From positions 41,232,001-41,296,000 of the forward strand of contig NC_086108.1 in the NCBI RefSeq assembly GCF_963921235.1: 64,000 nucleotides of DNA. Reading direction: 5' to 3'. The notes below the pieces were generated by a model. That model was not told where the DNA came from. It did not search any database and saw only the letters and a program-made list of their open reading frames with translations. This DNA is from Mobula hypostoma (Eukaryota). Below are positions 26,211 through 38,734 of the stretch, piece after piece (position 1 is the first letter of the stretch; each line of letters begins with the position of its first letter). The position numbers were made by a program, and so were the translations under genes.

Positions 26211-26899
26211 CTATTCTCCCAGTTCTGAAGTAAATACAAATTACGGATTTATTTACAGCAAATATGAACTACACAGTCATTGTATGGTGTTATGACACTG
26301 CTTACCTGGGCCCCTTGTGCTTGCAGCAGCCACACATTGGACCCCAGAACAATATCATAAGCTATACTAAGCAATTTTTGTCCCTGCTTTATTCCTCCCC
26401 CCCCAAAAAAAGTCAGGTGTTTTCTCGCATAAAATCTTGCTTCTATGAAATCTAATTATTGGTGAGTCATTCCAATTGCCCCGGAGGTGGCGCGGAGAGG
26501 AAGATTTCAGACTGTCGGATGAATTAGTCACCAGCAGTGGGCTGAGTAAGAACTAAACAATGTGGACAGGGGAAGGGACACAGTAGAGAATAATGCCTGT
26601 AGTACAAACTGTACAAAAAAAAAACTGATACACTGAGTATCAGGATCACAGAGTATTGCTTACATTGTTATTGTAGCAGTGTTTTATAACAGAGTTAACA
26701 ATCTACAAATAAGCTAGCTAAAATCAAAATGTAAGTCAAAAACAGGTGAAAATGCGAGCAAAAGAAATGAGAACAGAAAATGCTGGGAATAATGCTGAGA
26801 TGTTCCCAATATTTTCTCTCTTTATTTCAGCTTAAATCTAATTTGGCCTTTGGTCCACACTCAGAATTTGCTTCATTCTGCAATCTCTATCCATGCAAT

Positions 26900-28850
26900 G
26901 AAAACGATAATGGCTAGAAATACTCTTTGGGTCAGGCAGCATCTGCAGAGTGAGAGGAAGAGTGAACATTATGGGTCCTTGAAACTTTCATTAGAGCGAG
27001 GAACAATTAGAAATTAAAGACATTCTAAATCGTAGAGGATGATGGGAGATTGAAAGGAACGGAGGCAGATGGAAATGTGAATAGTGGTGCTGCTGAGTGG
27101 TTCTGAAGACCTTTTAGCTGCAAGTGATCATTCTGGAGGAGGAACAGATAGGAAATGAAAATAAACACAGAGTGAAAAGAGAAATCGAAGGTGTAGCCAT
27201 GGGTACCCGTGTAAGCTCAACTGTGCCTGCCTTTTTGTATGTTACGAGGAACAGCCCCTTCTCCACACCTTCTCTGGTACCACTCACCAATTCTTTCTCC
27301 GTTACATTAACTACGGCATTAGTCTGGAACATATTAGTTTATCACCTTCCCACCCAGTTCTAAATTCATGTGGACCATTTCTGACACTTTGCTCCCTTTT
27401 CTAGATCTATCTGTCTCTATCCCAAGAGACAAGCTATCCACTGACACTTACTATAAGCCTACTGACTCCCGCAGCTACGTAGACTACACCTCTTTTTCTT
27501 CAGTGATGTCACTTCATTATCTCTATTTCTATGACTTCTCTGTATTTGCTCTAAAGATAAGGCTTTCTGTTCCAGGACATTTGAAATGTACCCCCTTTTC
27601 AGGAACTGTGGCTTCCCTTCTATTGTGATTAATGGAGTCTGATATAGCATCTCCTCTGTTCTTCATACTTCTGCTCCAGTCAGAACAGGAATGGAGTTCC
27701 CTGGTTCATATCTTTCCCCCTATGAATCTCCACGCCCAGTATCCCATGCTTTGTTATTTCCACTAGCTGCAGGATGATCCCATCAGCCAAATCTTCTCCT
27801 CCCCAAAATTTTCCACCTGCAAAGGAACCACTCCCTGCATGACTGCCTGGTACACTCAACGTTCTATACCCATCCATCCCTTACCCCTGCCCTCAACAGT
27901 AGATGTAACACTTGTCCCTTCACCTCCTCCCTCACCAACACCCAGGAACTTAAGCAGCCATTCCAGATGAGGCAAAGTTTCAGATGTCTCGCTCCAACCT
28001 TGTTTACTGCATTTAATGCTCCTGGTGTTGCCTCCTTTACACCCTCAAGATCAGAAGCAGACTCTGGGACCGTTTAGCAGAACACCTACACGTGGTCTGC
28101 AGTGGCCTATCCAAGCTTCCAACTGCTGACCATTCCAACTCCTCTTCCCATTCCCACACTGACCTATCTATCCTCAGCTTTCTCTTTTACCAGGCTGAAG
28201 CCCAGTGCAAACTGGAGGAGCAACACCTTATACTCTGCCTAGCTAGTCTACCATCTTAGTCATGACCATTGAATTTTAGGTATATCCTCCACTCCAGTGA
28301 GTTGTTTCATCCCTTCTCCCCTTATCCTCCCCTCACCTATTTCTTTTTCCACCATCCAATCCTTCTCTAGTCCACCTACATGTGTCCCCTTTCTCTCATA
28401 CCTTCTCCAGATCCTTTTTACCCAACTTCATAACACCTCCACTCCAGATTCCATGCTGTTCACCTACAGGTTTCCCATAATCAACCACCCCACCCCACCC
28501 CCATCCCATCTGATTCCCGTTCCGACTTCCTATTCACCTCTCCCTTTTCTCATCTTCTTTACTTATCAGTCTTGCACTAAACATTCCTTGTGTTTCTGCT
28601 GTTCTGCCTATAGAAGCTATCTCCAAGTTTCACACTTCCCATGACCTTCTTTGCTTCATTTGCCTCTCCGTATTATTTTTCCTCTCTCTCTTTGTCTGTC
28701 TCTACCTATCATTCACCTGCTCCCAACCCACACCTACTTTGCTCCCCTCACTGACACTACCTGCCTGCCACTTTACAAACATCTCCAGTCCACTAATCAC
28801 CTCACAATCCTTTCTCACCCTTCCCCTTCAGACATGCCCTCTTCTTAATG
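26900..28850 (+). mobile_element. Degraded Penelope-like element (RT and GIY-YIG remnants)
   Basis: GVAMGT (~27190), LPFLDLSVSI and YYKPTDS (ORF 27368), KLEEQHL (~28210), and a pyrimidine-rich 3' region. Confidence 0.8.
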
Positions 28851-28970
28851 CCATCATTAGGAAGGAGGTATAGAAGGCTGAAGATGCACACTCAATGATT
28901 CAGGAGTAGCCTCTTTCTCCTCTGCTGTCCATTTTCTGAATGGACATTGAACCCATGAGCACCACCTCAC

Positions 28971-30041
28971 TACATCTGCTCTCACCCCATCCTCCCGCCA
29001 CCCCACTAGGGATAGCGTTCCCCTTGTCTTCACCTACCACCCCACCAGCCTCCGGGTCCAACATATAATTCTCCGTAACTTCCACCACCTCCAACGGGAT
29101 CCCACCACCAAGCACATCTTTCCCTCCCCTCTCCCTCTGCTTTCCGCAAGGATCGCTCCCTACGCGACTCCCTTGTCCATTCGATCCCCCCCATGCCTTC
29201 CCACCCATCTCCCTCCTGGCACTTATCCTTGTAAGTGGAACAAGTGCTACACATGCCCTTACACTTCCTCACCACCATTCAGGGCCCCAAACAGTCCTTC
29301 CAGGTGAGGCAACACTTCACCTGTGAATCAGCTGGGGTGATATACTGCGTCCGGTGCTCCTGATATGGCCTTCTATATATTGGCAAGACCCGATGCAGGC
29401 TGGGAGACCGTTTCGCTGAACACCTACACTCTGCCGCCAGAGAAAGCAGGATCTCCCAGTGGCCACACATTTTAATTCCACGTCCCATTCCCAGTCTGAT
29501 ATGTCTATCCATAGCCTCCTCTACAGTCAAGATGAAGCCAAAAGCCACACTCAGGTTGGAGGAACAATACCTTGTATTCCATCTGGGTAGCCTCCAACCT
29601 GATGGCATGAACATTGACTTTTCTAACTTCCGTCAATGCCCCACCTCCCCTTCGTACCCCATCCGTTATTTATTTATTTTCTATTATTATTAATTTTTTT
29701 CTCTTTCTCTCCTTTTTCGCCCTCTGTCTCTCTCATTATACTCCTTGCCCATCCTCTGGGCTCCCCCCTCCCCCTTTCTTTCTCTCTAGGCCTCCCGTCC
29801 TATGATCCTCTCATATCCCTTTTGCCAATCAACTTTCTAGCTCTTGGCTCCATCCCTCCCACTCCTGTCTTCTCCTATCATTTCAGATCTCCCCCTCCCC
29901 CTCCCACTTTCAAATCTCTTACTATCTCTTCCTTCAGTTAGTCCTGATGAAGGGTCTTGGCCCGAAACGTCGACTGTACCTCTTCCTAGAGAAGCTGCCT
30001 GGCCTGCTGCGTTCACCAGCAATTTTTAGGTGTGTTACTTC
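28971..30041 (+). mobile_element. Relatively young 5'-truncated Penelope-like element (GIY-YIG domain plus pLTR)
   Basis: Reads PLVFTYHPTSLRVQHIILRNF..., CKWNKCYTCPY, FTCESAGVIYCVRCS*YGLLYIGKT..RLGDRFAEHL. The pLTR ends '...gctgcgttcaccagcaatttttaggtgtgtt'. Confidence 0.9.
29939..29976 (+). ncRNA. Minimal type I hammerhead ribozyme motif, intact
   Basis: UAGUC-CUGAUGA-A-GGGU CUUG GCCC-GAAA-CG-UC^-GACUG. Stem I has 5 bp, stem II 4 bp, stem III is palindromic ACGU. Predicted cleavage after C29971. Confidence 0.85.
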
Positions 30042-30225
30042 TTACTTCCTATTTTTTTGCAATACTTATTTAATTTAACTACTTAATACATGTACACATA
30101 TACTTGCTGTAATTCACAGTATTTTTTTCTCTCTGTTATCTTGTATTGCTTTGTTTGCATCATGCATTGCTGCCATAAAGTTAATAAATTTCATGACACA
30201 TGCTGGTGATGTTAAATCTGATTCT

Positions 30226-31145
30226 AAGGTATAAGGGTACAAGTTCAGTGGGACAGGAGCAGGCAGGGACAATGGGCTTTCCCAGACAGTCTGGTTTGTG
30301 GATCTTGGGTAGGAGGTAGAAAGGAGCAGTATGTGATAAGGGAAGCCTGAGTTCGGTGGCAGAGTATGGGAGTTTTCCAGAATTACTGAGGTGTTGGAGA
30401 CAATTTTCTGATTGTCTGGAGTGGGGTCCTTTTCAAGGTGTAGGTAAGTGGAGGTGTCTGAGAGTTGCTGCTGGGCCTCAGCACAGTAGAGGTCAGCCTG
30501 CCAAATTATAACAGCACCCCATTTGTCTGTGGGCTTGATAGCAAGGTTGGAATTGGGGCAGAAAGAATATAGGGCAGTACTTTTATAAGGGGTAAACTTT
30601 GAGGAGGACTGCTGACGTTCAGCCATTGACGTCTCATCGGCAATTAGAGATGAAAATGATCCAGGGCAGGCAAAGAACCTGAGTGCAAAGTCCAAGAAGA
30701 GAGATACCTGGCATTACCTTGCAGATTAGAGAACATCTGTGGAGAGAGAAAAAATGAATTAACATTACAGGTTGATGACCTTTCAATAGAACTGGCTAAT
30801 CTGGCAATGTTAATGATCTTCAAATTGCTGAATCCTTTGGAGTGTAATGTTCCTAGACTGAAGATGAGTTGCTATTATTGGGCTTTGACGGAATGGTGCA
30901 ACAAGCCAAAGACAGAGAGGTCAGACTGGGGTTGAAATGGAGAATTAAACTGGCAGGCAACAGGAAGCTCGGAGTCTCACTTGTGGAGATAGTACTGCAG
31001 TTTAAAAATAAGATTGATTTCTAACTTCTAGCTCTGAAGAACTTGAGATTCTAATTCTTTCCTCAAAATTTGCCTGACCTGCTGAGTAGTTCTAGCATTT
31101 TCTGTGGGTATTTCAGAGTTCTAGCATCTGCAGTTTTTTCATCTT
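30226..31145 (-). mobile_element. Degraded Penelope-like fragments
   Basis: ORF 30114..30695 (NLAIKPTDKWGAVIIWQADLY...QLSDTSTY...DPT) and pLTR remnants at ~30720-30795 and ~31065-31140. Confidence 0.75.
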
Positions 31146-34100
31146 TTCCTTTCAGTGGCTTTTATCATACGGTCTAATTACAAGTGGAGCAATCTCTCTG
31201 GGAACAAAGAGCACTACTTTAAAAATGCCTGGTGACTAAGCAGTGATTTGTCCCTTGTAGGGAAGGATGAGATTGATTTCAATGGCAAGGCAGCCTCAGC
31301 TGCTATAAATCTGGTCTTGCATTCAGCAATATTACATTTATATGTTTGCACACAAAGGTATACTGCACATTCCGCTTGCTGCTTTGAGATCTATAGCTGC
31401 GCATTTGATCGCTTTGCTTTTGACCCCTTTTACATTCAATCATCTTTAAATACGAATCTTATGTCAGAAAATTGTATTGTGATATAGAAGGTTTTACATT
31501 AAACATTCTGCAAAAAAGGGTCTTTTGTGCAAGCCTGCACTGTTTACAATGACATTTGGAGCACAGTTTCTAATGGGATTCTCATTATACTGAAACCTAT
31601 TGAAGACGAGATTGCACTTTCCAGCAACTATCTTGAATCCAAATAAACTCAGAACCAATCATCTGCATATCCTATAAACAATATAAATTAAACATTATAT
31701 TCTTCTACAGTGTTTGATTATTGAATTTCATCATAATTTAAATTCTGATTCTGTCAAGATGTACATTCAGTGCCTGACTTAAGCAAGGATTTCAAGGTCA
31801 GAGAGTAGGTGCAGAAGAGATTCTCTCATATGAATCTAGAGATAAGAATCCTAGGGGATGAAGAGAAATTAAGTCTCCATTTGCTACAAAAAAAGAGCTA
31901 TGATTAAATCCAAAATTAGGAGAAGATTTTCATCGGTTAACAGTATAACTAGAAACTGGAAGTGAAAAACAGTTAAACTGTTACCTTCCACAATCTGAAT
32001 TTTCTAAAAACCTTTTCAGGCAATGCTATTATTTTATTGGAATGGAGATTAGAGGGCATTAGTATGAGCCCAACTCTGATAATAACAAGGAAACGATGGG
32101 GATGTTTTAATACAGAGATTTGTATGAGTGTAGAAAGTTGAATTAATGTATTACTTGAAGTGGAATTTATAACTGTTTTCCAGAGGGGAAGTGCGAAAAT
32201 ATGTGGAAAGCCACATTTTGAAGGGGAGTGGCACAGGGCAAGGAGTGCAATGGATTGCTCCTACTGCAAACTGACATAGGCACGATAGACCGAATAAAAT
32301 TTTCTGTTACTTCACGTATACTAATGACTACATACACTAATGTCACAATTACAAAGAAAACCTTTAGGATAGAATGTGCTGTGAATGAGAGCCAGTTGAT
32401 TATAATTTCACAGCAATTTTGGTGCAATGGACTTAAAATGGGGAGTAAACTCTGGCAGTGATAATAGGAAACCCGAGCCAGCCCTCGTCTCTGAACACTA
32501 ACCCTCCCAATGAACTGGCATGGCGAACACATGCTCCATCAAAAATAACATTGTACTCCTCTGATATTTGTCCCTCTCAAGTTTCTAGCTTGAATGTGCA
32601 GCCGTTGACAATACTACATGTGGCTAGATATTGTGTTACTGTTTTGCGCAGGATTCAAAAGAGCAGATGAAAACTGAGTCTTATTGTGCAACCGCACCTC
32701 CTTAGAATTTGATGTCAAAGTAATTTAGCCTCTTGTTATTTATAAGTGGCTTTTGCCTTTCAGTGTTGTGCTGTGTGTTTTGATTGCTGTGCAGGTTGCA
32801 CCATTCAATATTGTGTGCTAATGTCTTTGACGTTACTTGCAGCTGTGTCTAAAAGCACTTACAGAGAATATTCAAATTGTTTTGCAGATTGAAGCAGTAT
32901 CATTCAGAATACGGGACTCCTTTTCACAAGTTTATCTTTTGGTACTTTTTGTTGGAAGTGCATTAGTCCCCTCCATCCCTCATCCTCTGAGTATTATATG
33001 AATTTCAGAAAGTACAGAGTCACTTGTGCTAGTGCTGACAGAGGGGAGGTGGGTGACATAATGGAAGTAAAGAGTAAATCTAGGCTCACTCAAAAGTATT
33101 TCACGGATTAAATTTTAAAAATCAAAACACTCAAAAAAAAATCAACTTTTAACTTGCAACTCAGTGCTTGTATTCAGGAATACCCCCTCTTGCCATTTTG
33201 TATGATCTTTAATTCAGCCAGATTTGTTTTGTTTTCCATTTAAAGCCAGTATCTAATTTAGTGATAACCCATGGAGACACAGGAGACTGGTAGAGGGTGT
33301 GACTCATGCTACTTTCCTTGTCTCTCTCTCTCTTTTGGTGACACCATGGTTATAGCTTTTGTTTCTGTGGAGGTGGAACCACTGATGGCTCCTGCTGCAC
33401 GTTCCATTGATACCTGCAAGGAGGACAATACTCTTCTTTTGGGGATTGTCAGGCCCTGTGATTTCCTAAACGCGAATCAGTACCAGTAGTAAGCGATGCA
33501 TGGTGACGCACCTGCTGCATGACAAGAACCATTTGCGATATTGGCATAGGTATTACAGCTTGTGGATGTTCTCGGAGTCCGTAAGTTTGAAGGTTTGTTA
33601 TGCAGGTTGTGACAACAATCCACGTGCAATGCTGATTTGATATCAGCTGTACCAGAGGGGACTTCAGTGATGCAGGCTCCATACGTTAGGCCTGCATGGG
33701 GGAGCCAGCTCTCTGCAGGAATAAAGACTTCCCACCTATTATATTTTGAGCAATATTCAGTTCGTAGCTTGATACTGATTAATTCAAGGAGTGTTGTGTT
33801 GAAGAATTTTAGAGGCTTACATTTCTGAACTTTATGTGGACTATTTTAAGTCAATAAATAGTGGTTTTCCAGAAGGAGTGGTTTTAGCAGAAGGAAAGCC
33901 GTCAGACACAGAAAGGCTTGTCGTATGTTTAGAGTACGTTGTGAAGTTGGGAATGGATCTGCAAAGTAAGATTGGCAAAGTAAAGTTAACTTGGCATTGT
34001 CTGATGAGGCCGTATAACTATTTTTCATCACCCACCATTTCCAAGTGGAATGTTTGAGCTGGCGTGCCAATGCCCACGTACAGAAGTTTCCTTTTATCCT

Positions 34101-37100
34101 TTTAGAGAGCTAGACTCTGTAATGACAAAGCTATCACAGGCTTCTCCTGGCAAGCAATAGCCACGGCTTACAAAACCATTACCCAACAGTATTTGGTTCT
34201 GAAGTGCATGAGTAGAAATTGAAGCCGGTGACCAAGAGCTTGGACACAAAAGTGACTAAAAGCTTCAAACAGATGTAGAAAAGTAGAGAGGGTACCTCAG
34301 AGCTCAGGACCATTGAACGGTGAAGGATGATGCCATACCTGCTAAAAGCGGGGGAGGGGGGAAATTTGGACGTAGTCAGTGAAAGCAAAAATGCGCAGAG
34401 TTGCGGCACTGGAGGAGATGACAGAGTTAGAGAGGGACAGGCCACACGGGGATTGAGTTTAAAAATATAGCTTCACTAATCACTTGGTGAATGTGCACAG
34501 AGATAAAGCATTACTGGGGCTTGGTAAGACCCAATACCCGGGCAGCAGAGACATGGGTTGGCAGGGGTGGCTTCATGCCTATATAGTGTAAAACAAAAGT
34601 GACCAACTATTGGAATAGCTAAGTATAGAGATGACTAGATAACTTCTCGTTTGGCAGGGAAGAAGCAGGCCAGGTTGCATAAAGGTTTTTGGACTGATAG
34701 TGCAGACACATAAGCCTAACCTCATCCTGATATCACACATGGTCCCAAGGTTGCCAATAATCTGGTTCATATAAACACAGATGCCAGAGAAAGGGTGATG
34801 GTGGTGACAAGGATGAAGAACACAGAAAACTAAATGTAATGCCTGTAGTCTTCTGAAAATTAGATTTTGAAAAATTCTGTTCATTCACTCATCATAGTAA
34901 TCTATTAATTTAGAGACCATGGAAGAGTTAATGTGAGTGCTGATGAGGCAATAGTAACTTCTGCATACTTTCTTTGCTTCTATTCCCCTGCAACCATTAA
35001 AGGAAGTACTTTTTAAAACAGCCCTTCTCTACTTGTTCTGCCATCTTCAATGATTTATGCATCTACGCCTGCTTCTATGCTCCTGCTACCCCTTTAAAAC
35101 TCTCCCATTAAGTTGTTATTTCCCTAGTTAATATTTGTCAATCAGCTGTGACCAACAAGCTGCAATCAGCATGAGAGGACATTCACTGGTGATGTAGCAC
35201 AAGGATTAAAAAAGCTCTGCTGCTTTTGGCTCGTTTCGGTGGGCTGCAATCAGCGCGGAGCCAATAAACAGATGGGAAGTGAAAGTGGAGCGGCCATTAT
35301 CAGACTGGAACAGTGTTAAAGTGGTCAGGCTTTGGGTCAACAGGCTTGCATGAGAACAGGCTTGGGAAACACAGGTGGAGGTTCTAAGTAAATAAATAAG
35401 AGAGTTTCTAGTAAGTTTTTTTCCGTTTGGCACACTAGCTATGTACAAGAATGGGTCTGGAAGTAGTAGTGTGTTCTTTGTGTGAGATGTGGGAACTCTG
35501 GGAGACCTCCAGACTCCATGAGAACTACATCTACATGAAGTGCAGTGAGCTGCAATTCCTTAGAGACCATGTTAAGGAACTGGAGCATGATCTTCAGCTC
35601 ATATGAGAAAATGAGGAGGTGATAGATGGGAGCTACAGGGATGTAGTCACCTCTAAGTTGCAGGAGGCAGGCACCTGGGTGACTGTCAGGAGAGTGAAAG
35701 GTAACGGGCAGCAAGTGCAGAGTCCGTCTCTGTCTGTTGCCCTCATTAATAAGTACACTGCTTTGGATTGTGCTGAGTGGGAGATAACCCACCAGGGGAA
35801 GCTGCAGTGACCAGGTCTCTGGCACTGAGTCTGACTCTGGGGCTCAGAAGGGAGAAGAGGAGTGCAGTACTGACAGGGGATTCTATAATTTGAGGGGCAG
35901 AAAGTGGATTCGGTGGACGTGAAAGTGACACCCGAACGGTAGGTTGTCTCCCAGGTGCCAAGGTCAAGGATATCTCAGACTGGGTCCACAGCATTCTAAA
36001 GGGGTGGGTGAGCAGCCAGAAGTCGAGGCACATATTGGTACCAATGTCATAGATAGGAAAAGGGAGGAGGTCCTGTAAAGAGAATATAGGGAGTTCGGCA
36101 AAAAGCTGAAAAGTAGGAACACAAGGGTATTAATCTCTGGATTGCCGCCTGTGACACGTGCCAGTGAGAGTAAGAATAGAATAATTTGGGAGATGAATGC
36201 ATGGCTGAAGAATTAGTGTAGGGGACAGTGTTTCAGTTTTCTGGATCCTTGGGATCTCCGCTGGAAAAGGTATGACCTGTACAAAAAGAAAGGGTTATAA
36301 CTGAACCCAAGGGGGACCAATATCCTTGTGGGCAAGTTTGCTTGAGCCGCGGGGGAGGGTTTAAACTAATTTGGCAGAGGTTTGGGAACTGGAGTTATAG
36401 GGCTGAGAATGTGGCCATTGGTATACAGCTATATGCAGTGTGTAATGAGACTGTGTGGAAGGACATGCAGATTACAGGGCAACAATACAGTCTGTGGGAT
36501 GAGTTAAAGTGTAACAGAGATCCTAGATCAAAAAGGGTGATGAATGCACGACTGAAATTGTTATATTTGTATACATGCAGTATATGGAATAAGGTAGATG
36601 GGATCCTGTTGCACAATTGGAGATTGGCAGGTTTGATATTGTGGGCATCACTAGGTCATGGCTGAAAAAAGATCATATTTGGGAAATGATAATCCAAGGC
36701 TACACATTTGACAGGCAGGTAGACAGTGGGGGTGGGGTAGCTCTGTTGGTAAAATTAAAATCAAAACTTTAGAAAGAAGTGGCATAGGATCGAAAGGTGT
36801 AGAATCCTTGAGGATAGAGTTAAGAAACTGCAAGGGTTAAAAAAACACTAATGGGAGTTTTATACAAGCCCAGGATGTGGGCTACAAATTACCACAGGAG
36901 ATAGAAAAGACATGTAAAAAGGGCAATGTTGTGTGGGCCATGGGGGGTTTCAATGATGGAATTTATGGCTTTCTGTCCAGGACTGTGGATGATATGCAGA
37001 AATGTGAGGGGCAGGTAATATTGAGGAAGCAGGAATTAGACAGAATAGGGAATGGGCAAGGAACTGGCAGATGGAATATAGTGCGGGGAAGAGCATGCAT

Positions 37101-37377
37101 TTTGGGAGAAGGAATAAAGGAGTGGAATTTATTGTAATGGGGAGAAAATTCAAAAATCAGTTGTGGAAAGGGACTTGGGAAACGTCGTGCAGGAATCCCT
37201 AAAGGTTAACTGACAGGTTGAGTCAATTGAAAGGAAGTCGAATGCAATGTTAGCATTCATTTCAAGAACACTAGAATACAAAAAACAAGGATGTAAAGCT
37301 GAGGCTTTATAAGGCATTGGTCAGACCGCACTTGGAGTGTTGTGAACTGCTTTGGGCCCCTTATCAAAGAAGAGATG

Positions 37378-37740
37378 GATCATGGTGTGTGGAACGAAGA
37401 CAGACTCCCATGTTGAGACAGAAACAAGAGTTTATTCTTCAGAGTTTGAACTGAACATCGGTGGCTTGCCAAGTGAAACCGCGAGCTGAATCTTTCTTGT
37501 AACACACACAAGGACCCCGCAATAAGCACTAATTGTGGGTCCAATTTACATCATCACAACAGGCTGAAAACCCATGCCAGTCAAAATAAATTCAACAAAA
37601 TTAAACAGAAAGCAACACACACAAAATGCTGGAGGTTTGTGTGTGTTGCTCAGATTTCCAGCATCTGCAGATTTTCTCTTGTTTGGTTTTAAACAGAAAG
37701 CACAAGGGTTTAACGGCTCTAAGTAAGATGGCTCATGACA
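37378..37740 (-). mobile_element. Probable solo LTR inserted in the CR1
   Basis: 5-bp TSD AGATG (37373-37377 and 37741-37745). Ends GATCATG...CATGACA are a degenerate TG..CA inverted terminus. AATAAA lies on the minus strand near 37430. Confidence 0.7.
37615..37688. mobile_element. 74-bp Penelope pLTR-derived fold-back mini-insert
   Basis: 'acacacacaaaatgctggagg|tttgtgtgtgtt...ccagcatctgcag'. 14-bp TSD TTAAACAGAAAGCA at 37601-37614 and 37689-37702. Confidence 0.85.
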
Positions 37741-38256
37741 AGATGTGCTGGCGTTGAAGTTGGTCCAGAGCAGGTTTATGAGAATGATCTCAGGAATGAA
37801 AGGGTTAACATATGAGAAGCATTTGACGGCTCTGGGCCTGAACTCGCTGGTGTTTAGAAAAATGGGGGGGGCGGTGGGGGGGGGAATCTCATTGAAATCT
37901 ATCGAATAATGAAAGGTCTAGAGAGATAGGATGTGGAGAGGACGTGTTCTATTATGTTGGGGAGGGGTGGTCTAGGACCGGAGGGGTTCAGTTTTAGAAC
38001 TGAGGGACGTCCATTTAAAACAAAGATGGGGGAAAAGAATTAATTGCCACAGACATGTGTGCAGGCCAAGAAACTGGGTATTTTTAAGACTGTGGTTGAT
38101 AGGTTCTGGATTAATCAGGGTGTCAAAGGTTACAGGGAGAAGGCAAGAGAATTGAGTTGAGAGGGATAATAAATCAGCCATGATGGGATGGCACAGCAGA
38201 TGCAATTGGCCTAAAGGCCTAGTTCTGCTCCTATGTCTTATGGTCTAACACTAGTG

Positions 38257-38559
38257 TTGGCGCGTGGCCAAGAGGTTAAGGCATTCGTCTAGTGATCTGA
38301 AGGTCGCTAGTTCGAGCCTTGGCTGAGGCAGCGTGTTGTGTCCTTGAGCAAGGCACTTAACCTCACGTTGCTCTGCGACAATACTGGTGCCAAGCTGTAT
38401 GGGTCCTAATGCGCTTCCCTTGGACAACATCAGTGATGTGGAGAAGGGAGACTTGCAGCACGGGCAACTGCCGGTCTTCCATACAACCTTGTCCAGGCCT
38501 GCGCCCTGGAAACCTTCCAAGGTGCAAATCCATAGTCTCACAAGACTAACGGATGCCTA
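38257..38559 (+). mobile_element. Full-length tRNA-head SINE with CORE-like segment and RTE-derived body and tail
   Basis: Box A TGGCCAAGAGG, box B GTTCGAGCC, 'gtgtccttgagcaaggcacttaacctc' (MIR/CORE-like), RTE-like 3' end, and a perfect 11-bp TSD TAACACTAGTG (38246-38256 and 38560-38570). Confidence 0.9.
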
Positions 38560-38734
38560 TAACACTAGTGAGTAAATTGCATCTACTGTGTACCTGCCGT
38601 TTCCACCTACTGCCAACAGATTCCATAATTCAGGTTGGTCTGTAAAGATTTTTGTGACATTTCTAAGTATGTAATCTTAAGATTAATGCTTTGGAAGTGA
38701 AACGGCACTTTACTGTTCTTTTTATATTTTCTAA

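Larger units (their letters stand above)
28850..30225 (+). mobile_element. Rex1/Babar-type 3' end interrupted by a Penelope insertion
   Basis: GRRYRRLKMHTQ remnant at 28860-28900. The 3'UTR resumes at ~30042 and ends 'aaatctgattct'. Confidence 0.75.
35270..38245 (+). mobile_element. Degraded, internally deleted long CR1 LINE (ORF1 esterase remnant, APE and RT remnants, tail)
   Basis: CSLCEMWE..YIYMKC, VGCLPGAKVKDISD, HIGTN, then the TTTAAACTAA junction at 36360-36369, APE remnants and RT C-terminal remnants. Tail 'tgctcctatgtcttatggtct'. Confidence 0.88.

Noticed and set aside
33836..34057. 73-aa ORF in unique sequence, and the similar ORF at 63770..63961
   Set aside because: No recognisable domain, non-ATG starts and no convincing splice-site pair.
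38257..38330. Possible tRNA gene
   Set aside because: Boxes A and B are present, but the sequence continues into a SINE body and is bounded by an 11-bp TSD, so it is a SINE head.
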